Notes: generated from the letters alone by a model not told the origin. A DNA stretch of 64,000 nucleotides from an uncultured Chloroflexia bacterium (GCA_963748625.1 CAVVJT010000007.1:640001-704000); one strand, 5' to 3'. Numbered from the stretch's first letter, positions 9,506-19,055 are shown. Translations and numbers: made by a program.

Positions 9506-11766
9506 TTACGGGGTCGCCGGCATGATGCCGACGGACCCGCCCGTGCCAGCCAGCGATGATGTCGACGTCGGCGCCGGAAGAGTCGTGGAGGTACCGTGAA
9601 GTCGTGGCTCAAGGATGCGACCTGACGATGACTGGCGGTTGGCGGTGCCAGTCGACTCTGGTGATACCAGCGATGTTGACCTGGTCGCCGACCGCGAGGC
9701 CGTGAGCACGCCGACGTGAAGTACGTCGGTGGTCGGCAGTCCACGCCGAGGCGAGTGCGACCTTCTGGAACGGAGCACGACCGGGAACTGGTCGCCAGCG
9801 ACCGTCGTGCCCGTGGGCTCGTGGCACTGCTGGCAGGTTCCGCGGTTGTCGATCTTCAGCAGCCGGCTGTTGCCGACCGCATCTGGTCCCATCCGGGAAG
9901 GTGAAGTTGGCGCTGTACTCGCCGGTCATCTGCGGCATTGGAGCCGTGCGAGACGTGGCAGGTGAGGCAGCCGCGACCGGAGCTCGCACCGCGAGTGCGG
10001 TGCTGGTACGAGAAGATCGCGTCGCCGGGGCGCGGGTTGCTGTAAGCCGGGCCGGTGGCGGTGCCGTCGGTCGGATCCTCGGTCGGCTCGGACCAGGCGT
10101 AGTAGCGGCTGTGGCACGAGGTGCACCACGCTGCCATCTGCTCGCCGAAGCCGCCGGTGAACTGCAGGCGGTGCCGCCGCCGGGGATGGCCGTTCGGTGC
10201 GTCGTAGGTTCGACGCGCCGCTGGGCCGTGTTCCACGGCACGCGGTAGTGGAAGTAGTCGCCGTCGGTCGGGTCGAACGCGGCCGCCTCGCAGGCGAGGA
10301 GGACGTCGTTCTGGCGACGGCTGCGCACCGCCGATGGCGTCGGTTGCGGAGGACACGCCGGCGAGCGTGAAGGTCGTCGTCGTTGCGGTGGCGACCTTGA
10401 CGGTGGTGTTCGAGCTGCACGGCGCTCGTGGAGCCACCAACGGTCATCCCGGTGACGTTGACCGTGTCACCGACCGCGAAACCGTGGGCGGCGGCGGTCG
10501 TGTAGACAAAGGTCGTTCCGACTGTAGCTGACCACGACGGCCCAGGACTTGGGTCCTGGATGACGGTGTAGTTGCGGGCATCGCGCAGCCGGCGAGGGCC
10601 GCAGCGTCGGTGACCCGAACGCCACCGTTGCGGATCGACCTTGCCACCGAGACGGTGGTGCCATCGGTGACGCCGGTAATCGTGAAGGTCAGGTCGGACG
10701 GAACGGTGGCAACCGCGCCCGTGACGTTGGCCGCACCCAGCGCGTTGCCGCGTGACGGTGACGTTGTCGCCGATCAGCAGGCCGTGGCTGGCCACAGTCG
10801 TGTAGACCTTGTTGGAGTAGCTGAGCGAGGGCGACGCCCTGCGGCAGCACGGTGCCGCCGGTGCCGGTGCCGGCAGCCAGCTTGAAGGAGACGACCGGAG
10901 TGACCCGCCGGCAGGCTCGTCTTGGCGGTGAACTCGGTCGTGGGAGACGATCGTGTCGATCCACAGCGTCCGGTTGGCGGCCGTGGTGGAGTTACCGGCT
11001 ACCACGATCTGGTTGTTGACCGCCAGATCGTGGTTGGCGCCGGTGGTGAACAGCGCTGCGGCGTTGGCGGTAGCGGTGCCATAACCGATCACGCTGGTGA
11101 GCGCGGTCGTCGGGTACTGGCCGCCACCCCACGTGGCGTCAATGCCAGTAGCGCCGGGGATGGTGTTCAGGATGCGGTACTGCCCGTTCCCGTGCGGGTT
11201 GTGGCAGGAGCCGCAGGAGACGTCGGCAGCCGGGCCGGCACCGGAGCCGTTGGCCCCGTTGCCCCAGGCGATGCCGGGCTGCGTCAGGCCGGCAAGGCCG
11301 GGCATGTGCGCAGAGGTGACCGCCTCGAGACGGTGCGAGACGGTGACCTTGCCGTAGCGCGAGCTGTTGCCCGTCGCGCTGGTCTGGAGTGAGAACGGAA
11401 GGGATCGCCGATGCGGGCCTCTTCGAAGCCGCCGCCGCGGAGGGCGCCCAGGTCGGCCGTGCCGCTGCGCGGTTCTTCAGCGATCGTCGGAGGGCTCGTA
11501 CTGGACGCCCATGACGACGTCCGTGGTTGCGCCCGTCAGGCCGCACCGTGGCACGCGAGGCACAGGTCCTCTTCCGTGGTCTGGTTCAGCAGCAAGGGGC
11601 CCTTGGCGGTATGGACCCGGTGGCAGCCGGCGCAACTATCGGCCGTCAGCGACGTGACGCCGTTGTTGATCGACGACGTGTGGGGTCCACCATCCGCGAA
11701 CGCAGGAACCGCGGCAAGGAACAGCCAAAGTGTGCCGGCTGCGATCAGCAGCGTCAGCTTCTTCAC
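9506..11766 (-). CDS. Hexaheme c-type cytochrome, OmcS-like (paralog A) with four inserted beta-modules; multiple frameshifts
   Basis: ORF fragments reassemble as CAGCH, CLACH, CGSCH, CTSCH, CLTCH, CQQCH, colinear with paralog B (shared DGGPH, CHNPHGNGQYRILN, CHVSHGSNA, NSRLLKIDNRGTCQ). Confidence 0.8.
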
Positions 11767-11879
11767 TGTCCAAGCCTCCTTTCTGTAACTAACTACGTGC
11801 GTGTTGATTGACGTGGGCCGCCAATGGGGCGGCGGCTAGTTGGTCGGAAACACCTCCTGCTACTCCCTCTCATCTACCT

Positions 11880-12946
11880 CTAGTAGCTCCACAACTGGAC
11901 GCGGTCGTTGCCGGTGTCGGCCACATAGACCCTCCCTCTCGCATCGACAGCGACCCCGTTGGGGTATTGGAACGTCCCGTTGTCGGCGCCCCTGGCCCCC
12001 GAAGGAGCCAAGGAATTTGAGCTCCACGGGACCCGACGTCGAGATCTCGTAGACGAACACCCCGTGACCGGTGGAGTCGCCGACGTAGACGCGGTTCTGG
12101 CCGTCGATGGCGACGCCACGCGGGAGGCCGAGGTTGCCCTCACCCGACCCGCGGCCGATGCTCGCCACAACGCTGTTGTCGGCCCCGAACACCAGCAGGC
12201 GGCCGTTGCTGCTGTCCGCGACGACGACGTTGCCGTTGGCATCGACGGCGACGCCGTTCGGAAAGTTGAGGCCCTCGGTCTCGCCCATCGTGCGCAGGAC
12301 GGCGCCGCTGCGGTCGAAGACGACCACGCGCTGCGCCGGGCCGCCGACGTCGGTCACGTACAGGTTGCCGGTCTTGTCGAACGCGAGGGCCAGCGGCTGC
12401 CAGCCCTAGAATCGTCCTCGCCAGGGTCGAATGTCCGGGCGTAGGTGCCGTTGGCGTCGTACACGTGGATGGCGCCCGCCGGACGGTCTGTCACGTAGAC
12501 CTCGCCAGCCAGCGGATCGACGGCTAGGTACACCGGCACGTGGTCCACATCCGGGTTGGGCGCTGCCATGACGGCGAGCTCGTTGCCGCTGGCGTCGAAC
12601 ACGCGCGCGATCCGGTCACCGCCTGTCTCGCCGACGTAGATGCGGCTGCCGTCCGCCGTGACCGCGACGCCGACGGGGTGCATTCGCGCCGTACATGGAC
12701 GTCACGTAGCCAGGCATGACGACCTGGCCGGGGAGTGTCGGCAGCGGGCACGGGCTGGCGGAAAAGCAGGTACCAGATGGCGAGTCCGAGCAGCATGGCG
12801 AGGGCTGCCAGCAGGACGAGCAGGAGCACGACCTTGCGGCGGCGGGACTTGCCTTCGCCGGTGCCATCGAGGGGCTGGCTGTCGGTGCCCTCGGGGGCCT
12901 CAGCCCCTTCGGGGATGGCGGTGGGGACGGCGGGGGACGCAGTCAT
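11880..12946 (-). CDS. Membrane-anchored NHL-repeat beta-propeller protein (frameshifted)
   Basis: TM after RRRK; repeats PVGVAVTADG.RIYV, FPNGVAVDANGNVVVADSSN, LPRGVAIDGQNRVYVGDS, YPNGVAVDARGRVYVADTGNDRVQ; TGATG overlap with the upstream gene. Confidence 0.85.
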
Positions 12947-13943
12947 CAGTTGGATCCTTCGCTCGGGGACGCGGCCGGGGAGGCCGAGGGCTTGACCGGG
13001 ACGGTGACCCGGCTCAGGCCGAACTTGGCGGTGTCGTCCTCGGGATCGATGGCGAGCGCCTTGCGGTACCAGTCGGCGGCGGCGGCGGTGTCGCCGGTCG
13101 TCTCGGCGATCAGGCCCAGGCCGACGAACGCCTCGATGGCATGCTCGCCGCCGGTGATTGCCTTGAGCCGCTGCTCCGCGGTGGGGATGTCGCCGCTGTT
13201 GAACGCGGCCATGGCGCCTGCCCACTCGGCGAGCTCGGCATCTCCGGTCGCCTTGTAGGCGGTCTCCGAGGAGCGCGTACGGCTCAGCCCAGCCGGCCGG
13301 CACCAGTGCGATCGCCTTACGCAGGATCTCGACGGCCTCGGGGGCGCGATCCGTCGCAAGGTATGCCTTCGCAATCGCATACATCGCATCAGCGTTGGTG
13401 CGCTCGATCTCGAGGGCCCGCCCAAGCTGGTCGATAGCCTCGTCGTTGTTTCCCTGGGCCAGGGCGATCTCACCGCGGCCGAAGTAGGCGGCCGCAAGCG
13501 TGCGGTCCACGTTCGCCATCTCACCGCCTGCAGCGAACTCGACCACGGCGTCGTAGTCCTTGATCGCGTCGTCGTACCGCTCCATCGCCTGGTAGACGCG
13601 GGCGCGGCCCAAGGCTCGCGAGCTCGACCTCCTGGTCGGCATCGATCAGCAGCGTGTACTGGACGATGGCGTCCTCGTAGCGGCCCTTGGCGGCGTACGT
13701 GTCGGCGAGCAGGCCGCGGGCGGCGATGTTCTCAGGCTCTGCGCGGACCTTCTCCTCCATCGCGACGAGCTGCTGGTCAACGATCTCAGCAGTCGGCATG
13801 CGGAAGCGGTCGATGACGTAGAACGCCACGAAGGCGATGAGGACAACAACAAAGAGGAGCGCGATCCGCTTGATCCAGCGGTTCAGCTGCTCCTCAGGCA
13901 TGTTGGTCAGGGACGTGACCCGGGACATGAATGGCACCTTCAC
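12946..13943 (-). CDS. Membrane-anchored multi-TPR protein (two frameshifts)
   Basis: N-terminal TM, then TPRs such as ARGLLADTYAAKGRYEDAI, AYFGRGEIALAQGNNDEAI, AFVGLGLIAE...WYRKALAIDP. Confidence 0.8.
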
Positions 13944-14333
13944 TCCATGGTCGGCGGATTCGGACGGACCGACCTATGGCAATGCTCGCGGGCGCGACGC
14001 TTCGTTTGCATCCGTCGGGGGATAGAACTGCGATATACGCCGGTGCCTGGGTGCACCAGTTCGTCTATACCCTTTGGCCCATTGGAGCCGCGCTCGCGCG
14101 TGCGCACGCGAGCGAGGGCGTCACCAGGCGGGCAGGTCTAGGTCAGGCCGCACCTCAGTTCGCCGGGTTAGCGAAGCCTTTCCTGTTTGGCAGACGACCC
14201 GCGCTGGAACACGGCCACCGGCTGGCTCATCGTGTCGGTCACCGACACCACGCCGCCGGCTGTCTCGATCACGGGTGCCTTGGCCTCCTAAGGACTCGAT
14301 TCGGCCGCGTCGAGCACGGCGACTGCTGAGGAC

Positions 14334-14750
14334 GTGGTCGACGGCGGCCTCGTGCCCGCGTGCACGCTGGCGCGTGACGGCGGTTCGGCGGAGGCGGTGG
14401 ACTGCACTATGGGCGGCTTCGGCTGGGAGCTCGGCCCGGGTGCGTTCGTGTTCGCGGCGAGCGCGTCGGATGCCGCGGGCAACGGTCCTGTTGTTGAAGC
14501 CGTGTCGTTCTCGGTGGCGGCCACGTACCCGTCGATGGTCAATCTCACCCGCCAGTGGGTCACCAAGCCGGGCGTGGCCAAGGACCTCGTCGGGCTCCTC
14601 AACGGGGCGGCGACGGCCGAGGCCCGCAACCAGCTCCAGGACGAGGCCAGCAAGCTCGCCCAGTACCGGGCCCTGCTGGCGGCCCAGTCCGGCAAGGGGG
14701 TCCCGCCGGACAAGGCAGTACTGCTGTCGATGTTCTCCATGGGGCTCTGA
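14334..14750 (+). pseudogene. Probable C-terminal remnant of a secreted Ig-like/FIMAH-type protein
   Basis: ASASDAAGN beta motif followed by a short helical tail; no signal peptide or clear RBS. Confidence 0.35.
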
Positions 14751-14834
14751 GCTCCCGCTGATCGCACGCCGCGCCTCACCACATTGGGCAACGTGCCGGA
14801 TCGGGGGGCGATCGTGAAGGGAGGCGCTCGTGCG

Positions 14835-14864
14835 TTGACTTCAGATGTTGTTCTGAACTACGAT
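14835..14864 (+). promoter_or_regulatory. Sigma70-type promoter with palindromic operator; probably leaderless TA transcript
   Basis: TTGACT-18bp-TACGAT; spacer holds TTCAGA-N6-TCTGAA; ATG at 14871 with no SD. Confidence 0.6.
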
Positions 14865-14870
14865 GCCCAC

Positions 14871-15338
14871 ATGACCGCAGCGAACGCCATCCCCTCGACC
14901 ACCTGGAGCTCGTTCCAGCGCGATGCCAAGCGCGTGGCGGACCAGGCCGCAGAGTCCGACATCCTGCTTGAGCGGCGCGATGGACCGGATCTCGTGATCG
15001 GGACGGCGGAACGGCGCGAGGAGCTCGTCGAGAGTGTCACGGTGCTCACCCGTCTGCTGTCCGCCGTGATCCGCGATGTCGAGATGCTCCGCAGGGTCTC
15101 GGATCCGTCGGTGCTGCCCTGGCTCGCGTTCCTCCCCGACCGGGATCGGGAGACGTTTGCCGCCGAGTTCGTCTCGACGACCGCAGCTGCGATCGAGCTG
15201 GGGACGCTGGCCCCTGTCACCGTGCTGCTCCACGAGTGGAAGAACACGGCCCTCGTGCACGCCGATCCGAGGCTTGCCGCCGCGATGCGCCGGGATCACC
15301 CGGGCGCGGGCGAGGCTGTCCCCCGCCCCGGCGGCTGA
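14871..15338 (+). CDS. Putative Phd/YefM-like antitoxin
   Basis: N-terminal WSSFQRDAKRVA...ILLERRDGPDLVI Phd-like pattern; directly upstream of a RelE-like gene. Confidence 0.6.
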   Translation: MTAANAIPSTTWSSFQRDAKRVADQAAESDILLERRDGPDLVIGTAERREELVESVTVLTRLLSAVIRDVEMLRRVSDPSVLPWLAFLPDRDRETFAAEFVSTTAAAIELGTLAPVTVLLHEWKNTALVHADPRLAAAMRRDHPGAGEAVPRPGG

Positions 15339-15346
15339 CGAACCCC

Positions 15347-15712
15347 ATGGCAGGCAGGCGCGGAGGACGGGTTCCACCGCCACCGCCTCCGGGCGGCTGG
15401 ACCCTGCGCTTTGACGGGAACGCGCCGGCGGAGGGCTGGGAGCAGCTCGTCGGCCAGTTCCCCGGTCCGACCCGGAAGGCGTTCGAGCAACTCGAGAAAG
15501 AGCCGATTGCTCGCTCAGAGCGGCAGCACCGGCTTCGGGGCAGCGAGAGCACGACCACCGTGGGCGGCACGCCGCTCGAGCAGTGGCAGTACGAGCTCAC
15601 CGGTGGCGCCCGCATCCTGTACGCGATCGACCCGGAGAGCCGGACAGTCTGGATCCTCGAGGCGTCGCCGGGACACCCGAAACACACGGAGCGGGTGAAG
15701 GGGAAGCGGTAG
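15347..15712 (+). CDS. Putative RelE/ParE-fold toxin
   Basis: 121 aa; HRLRG...QWQYELTGGARILYAIDPESRTVWI...GHP pattern. Confidence 0.6.
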   Translation: MAGRRGGRVPPPPPPGGWTLRFDGNAPAEGWEQLVGQFPGPTRKAFEQLEKEPIARSERQHRLRGSESTTTVGGTPLEQWQYELTGGARILYAIDPESRTVWILEASPGHPKHTERVKGKR

Positions 15713-15859
15713 GACCACAACAGGACGGCCCCGTGGTGCGAGTCCCCCACGTAGGGCAGAGTGCGCGACCTGACACGGGCTCCCCCTCCGGCAAATGCAC
15801 ATCTGTATTTTTCGGATCGCCTAATTGACTTGTGCGCCTGCCCGTCGCATGCTGGTCCC

Positions 15860-16747
15860 ATGCGCTCGACCGATAGCCTGGAACCGGCCCTCGCTGACGC
15901 CGCCGCCGCCGCCTGGATTGCGTTGGGTGCCCAGCTGGAGGGGCTGCCGATGCATGCTGTCGTTGACCTCGAGGGTCTCGTCGTGGCGACGGCCCGGCTG
16001 GGTGATCGTGCCGATGCGCGCACGCGCGGCGTGGCCCTCGACTGGTGCGTCCGCTTCGGTTCAGTGATCAGTGGCAACCGCCTGATGCGCGTAGCAGAGG
16101 AGGCGCTGGCGATTGACCAGACCGCCTCCTTCGCAGCCACCGTCGCGGCGTCAGGCGGTCCGGCGTGGCCGATCGCGGTGCGTGGCCAGCCGTCGGCATC
16201 CGAGATCCGGGATCGCGTCCGTGTGGCGGACCTCGTCTCCACGAGTCGCCTTGCGTGGCGGCTGCGCGCGGCGTTCGGGGCGGTGTCCCGCGCCGACATC
16301 CTCCTCGCGGTCCTGCTTTCCCCGGTCCCACTCACGGTCGCCGAGATCGCGCGCCGGGCCCGCTACACAAAGGGAGCGGTCGCGGCCGCGATCCCGGGCC
16401 TCGCCCTGGCGGGGCTGATCGAAGTCGTGCGCGTCGGACACGAGGACCGCGTCTCGCTCGCGCCCGACTCGGTGGTCGCCGCCTGGCGGCCATCGCCCGC
16501 ACTGCCATACATCGATTGGGTGGCCCGGTGGAAGGTCGGGCTCGAGGTGCTCGACTGCCTCGCGGCAACACGCGATCTCGGCACCGCCGCTGCCGCCGTG
16601 CAGCGGCGGGCCTCGGTGTCGGCATTGCAGGCGGACATCCACGCCTCGGCGCTGCCTCGTGTTGACACGAAAGTGCTCGGGGAGGCGTTCGCGATCGAGT
16701 ACGAGCGCTGGGCAGAGGCCATCGCTGCCGACTTCGTGCCCGTGTAG
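15860..16747 (+). CDS. Hypothetical protein with central winged HTH
   Basis: RADILLAVLL...LTVAEIARRARYTKGAVAAAIPGLALAGLI. Confidence 0.55.
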   Translation: MRSTDSLEPALADAAAAAWIALGAQLEGLPMHAVVDLEGLVVATARLGDRADARTRGVALDWCVRFGSVISGNRLMRVAEEALAIDQTASFAATVAASGGPAWPIAVRGQPSASEIRDRVRVADLVSTSRLAWRLRAAFGAVSRADILLAVLLSPVPLTVAEIARRARYTKGAVAAAIPGLALAGLIEVVRVGHEDRVSLAPDSVVAAWRPSPALPYIDWVARWKVGLEVLDCLAATRDLGTAAAAVQRRASVSALQADIHASALPRVDTKVLGEAFAIEYERWAEAIAADFVPV

Positions 16748-16758
16748 TCCGGGGCCCG

Positions 16759-16870
16759 TGATGCGCCTGTGACTCACCCGCGGGGCTAGCGAGCGTGACC
16801 GCGTCGCGAAACCCGACCTTCGCGTCGTGATCGTGCAGGGCCGGGCTGGATCTGATGCGGCGGTGACTCA
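16759..16870 (-). repeat. Repeat family A, solo copy
   Basis: Boxes TGATGCGCCTGTGACTCA (16759) and TGATGCGGCGGTGACTCA (16853), 94 bp apart; core CGCGAAACCCGACCTTCGCG; reverse complement aligns with 21161-21272. Confidence 0.85.
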
Positions 16871-16984
16871 GGCGGGTGGCGGATCAGCCGAGAGGCGGCA
16901 GCAGCGGGGCGCGGGGACACTTCGAGCCGGTCGGCAGTTGGCGCTCGGTCGGTCCGCCGATACGGTCGGGCGCGGAGGTGGCGG

Positions 16985-17656
16985 ATGCTGGCTGTGGTCA
17001 TCGTCGCGGGGCTGGTGGCGGCCGTCGGGTTCGTCGTGATCGCGGCAGGCGGCGTCATCCCCGTGCTCGGTGATCCGATGGCCGCGTGGCGGGAGCCGGC
17101 ATCGTCTCTGGTGCTCCCGGCGCTGCTCCTGCTTGTGAGCACCGGGTTGCTGGTCGTCGGGGGGCTCGGCCGGGTCCGTCGGCGGGGTGCCAGCGGACGG
17201 CGCCAGGCGGTGGTGATCGGGGCCGTCGCGATCTGGCTCGCGGTCGGTGTCGGCGGTCTGGTGGTCCTGGGCCGCGATCTCGTGCTGCCCGGCACCGCGC
17301 GCGTCGAGGGCCTCCCGGGGCAGGCCGAGCCATGGTCGGGCCCGATGGTGTGCCGGCGCTACCGGTGGGGATCGTTCGAGAGCACGGGTCGGTCGGCCGA
17401 AGTCCAAGTGCCGGCATCGGCCACGGGGGGTGAGGTGACGTTCGCCCTGGTGCTGGCCGGCGTGGACGGGGACAACCCGAGCCTCATCGCCGGTGACGCG
17501 AGGTGGGGGTGGTCGACGGGATCCAGCATGTCGATGGCATCGGCGGACATCAGCGACGACGGTCTGCGGGGCACGATCCTCACGCTGCCCACCCCGATCC
17601 TCCACCGGGACGCCGCTCCGTCGATGGTCTCGTTGACCTGGGACTGCCTCGGGTAG
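16985..17656 (+). CDS. Hypothetical membrane protein (3 TM plus C-terminal extracytoplasmic domain)
   Basis: Three hydrophobic segments; C-terminus ends LTWDC, like the LTWEC end of 30231-30959. Confidence 0.5.
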   Translation: MLAVVIVAGLVAAVGFVVIAAGGVIPVLGDPMAAWREPASSLVLPALLLLVSTGLLVVGGLGRVRRRGASGRRQAVVIGAVAIWLAVGVGGLVVLGRDLVLPGTARVEGLPGQAEPWSGPMVCRRYRWGSFESTGRSAEVQVPASATGGEVTFALVLAGVDGDNPSLIAGDARWGWSTGSSMSMASADISDDGLRGTILTLPTPILHRDAAPSMVSLTWDCLG

Positions 17657-17692
17657 CGGTAGGACGACCGGCGCGGTGCGGCAGTGCAGCGC

Positions 17693-17749
17693 GCCCCGCC
17701 TGTGGGGCGAATCCGGACCGCGGCCGCACGGCCTGCGCGCCAAACCCCG
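17693..17749 (+). repeat. Repeat family B, left half (interrupted by IS30)
   Basis: GCCCCGCCTGTGGGGCGAAT...GCCAAACCCCG matches 19876-19932. Confidence 0.85.
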
Positions 17750-18999
17750 GGTGAATTCAGCCGGTCGATGCAACATCACCTCCGGAGGTCGTGTGGCGTA
17801 CTGGAGGTGACGGATGCGGCGACGGAGATCGGCCAGGGGCAAGCTCCGTGACGGGGACATCGCGGAGATCTGGCGGCTGTTCCATGACGGCCTCGGGCCA
17901 AAGGCGATCGCGAGGACCGTCGGCGCCTCGCACCAGGCGGTCGGCCGGGTGATCGCGGCACGCGGCGGCGTGATGCCCGTCGCCCACGCGGTCCTGCCGT
18001 GGAGGCGGTCGGGCCACCGCCTGCGGCTCGCGGACCGGGAGGAGATCAGCCGGGGCCTTGCCGCAGGCGAGTCCTTCCGGCAGATCGCCGGCCGCCTCGG
18101 TCGGGCGGCATCGACGGTCGCCCGGGAGGTCGGCCGCAACGGGGGCCGCGACGGGTACCGGGCCCACGAGGCCCACGAGGCCACCCGGGAGCGCGAGTGC
18201 CGCCCGAAGCCCACGCGCCTCGCCCGCAGCCCGCAGCTGCAGGCCGAGGTCGAGCGGCTGCTCCTCCTGCGCTGGTCGCCCGTCCAGATCGCGAGCCACC
18301 TGCGGCTGGCGCATCCTGCGGACGAGGAGATGCACGTGAGCCACGAGACGATCTACCGCGCGCTCTACATCCAGGGCCGGGGCGAGCTGCGCCGGGAGCT
18401 CGCCGCCTGCCTGCGCACGGGCCGGGCGAGGCGGCGGGCGATGGCCACGCCCGAGGACCGCGGGCGCATGGCGGGCATGGTCCTGATCAGCGAGCGTCCG
18501 GCCGAGATCGAGGACCGGGCGGTCCCCGGACACTGGGAGGGCGACCTGCTCATCGGCCGGGCCCAGGGCTCCGCCGTCGCCACCCTGGTCGAGCGGACGA
18601 CCCGGTACACCATGGTCGCCGCCCTGCCCGGCGGCCGCTCGGCCCCCGAGGTCCGCGACGCCCTGGTCGGGCTGGTCGCCCGGCTCCCCGACCACCTCCG
18701 GCGCTCGCTCACGTGGGACCGCGGGCACGAGATGGCCGAGCACCTGCGGTTCACGGTCGAGACCGGTGTTGCTGTCTACTTCTGCGACCCCTCGAGTCCC
18801 TGGCAGCGCGGCACCAACGAGAACACCAACGGGCTCCTCCGCCAGTACCTGCCCCGCACCATGGACCTGCGCGAGGTCGGCCAGGCGCAGCTCGACGCGA
18901 TCGCCGCCGAGCTCAACGGCAGGCCTCGACAGACGCTCGGCTGGAGGTCACCATCCGAGGTGTTCGCGGAGGCCGTTGCATCGACCGGCTGAATCCGCC
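17750..18999 (+). mobile_element. IS30-family insertion sequence, 1250 bp, about 25-bp terminal IRs, probable 2-bp CG target duplication
   Basis: IRL GGTGAATTCAGCCGGTCGATGCAAC, IRR GTTGCATCGACCGGCTGAATCCGCC; CG at 17748-49 and 19000-01. Confidence 0.92.
17814..18992 (+). CDS. IS30-family DDE transposase
   Basis: HTH LGRAASTVAREV, VSHETIY, GHWEGDL, SLTWDRG.EM, PWQRGTNENTNGLLRQYLP. Confidence 0.95.
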   Translation: MRRRRSARGKLRDGDIAEIWRLFHDGLGPKAIARTVGASHQAVGRVIAARGGVMPVAHAVLPWRRSGHRLRLADREEISRGLAAGESFRQIAGRLGRAASTVAREVGRNGGRDGYRAHEAHEATRERECRPKPTRLARSPQLQAEVERLLLLRWSPVQIASHLRLAHPADEEMHVSHETIYRALYIQGRGELRRELAACLRTGRARRRAMATPEDRGRMAGMVLISERPAEIEDRAVPGHWEGDLLIGRAQGSAVATLVERTTRYTMVAALPGGRSAPEVRDALVGLVARLPDHLRRSLTWDRGHEMAEHLRFTVETGVAVYFCDPSSPWQRGTNENTNGLLRQYLPRTMDLREVGQAQLDAIAAELNGRPRQTLGWRSPSEVFAEAVASTG

Positions 19000-19001
19000 C
19001 G

Positions 19002-19055
19002 ACATTGGCGCCCGGACCACGCTCACGACCCGCCGAAATGCCCCACAGGTGGGGC
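19002..19055 (+). repeat. Repeat family B, right half
   Basis: ...CCACGCTCAC...GCCGAAATGCCCCACAGGTGGGGC matches 19933-19986. Confidence 0.85.

Noticed and set aside
11770-11880. GEMM-I riboswitch upstream of hexaheme A
   Set aside because: No GGCAAAC/GAAA/GACGCAAAGC-type consensus; only SD-like motifs and a short hairpin.
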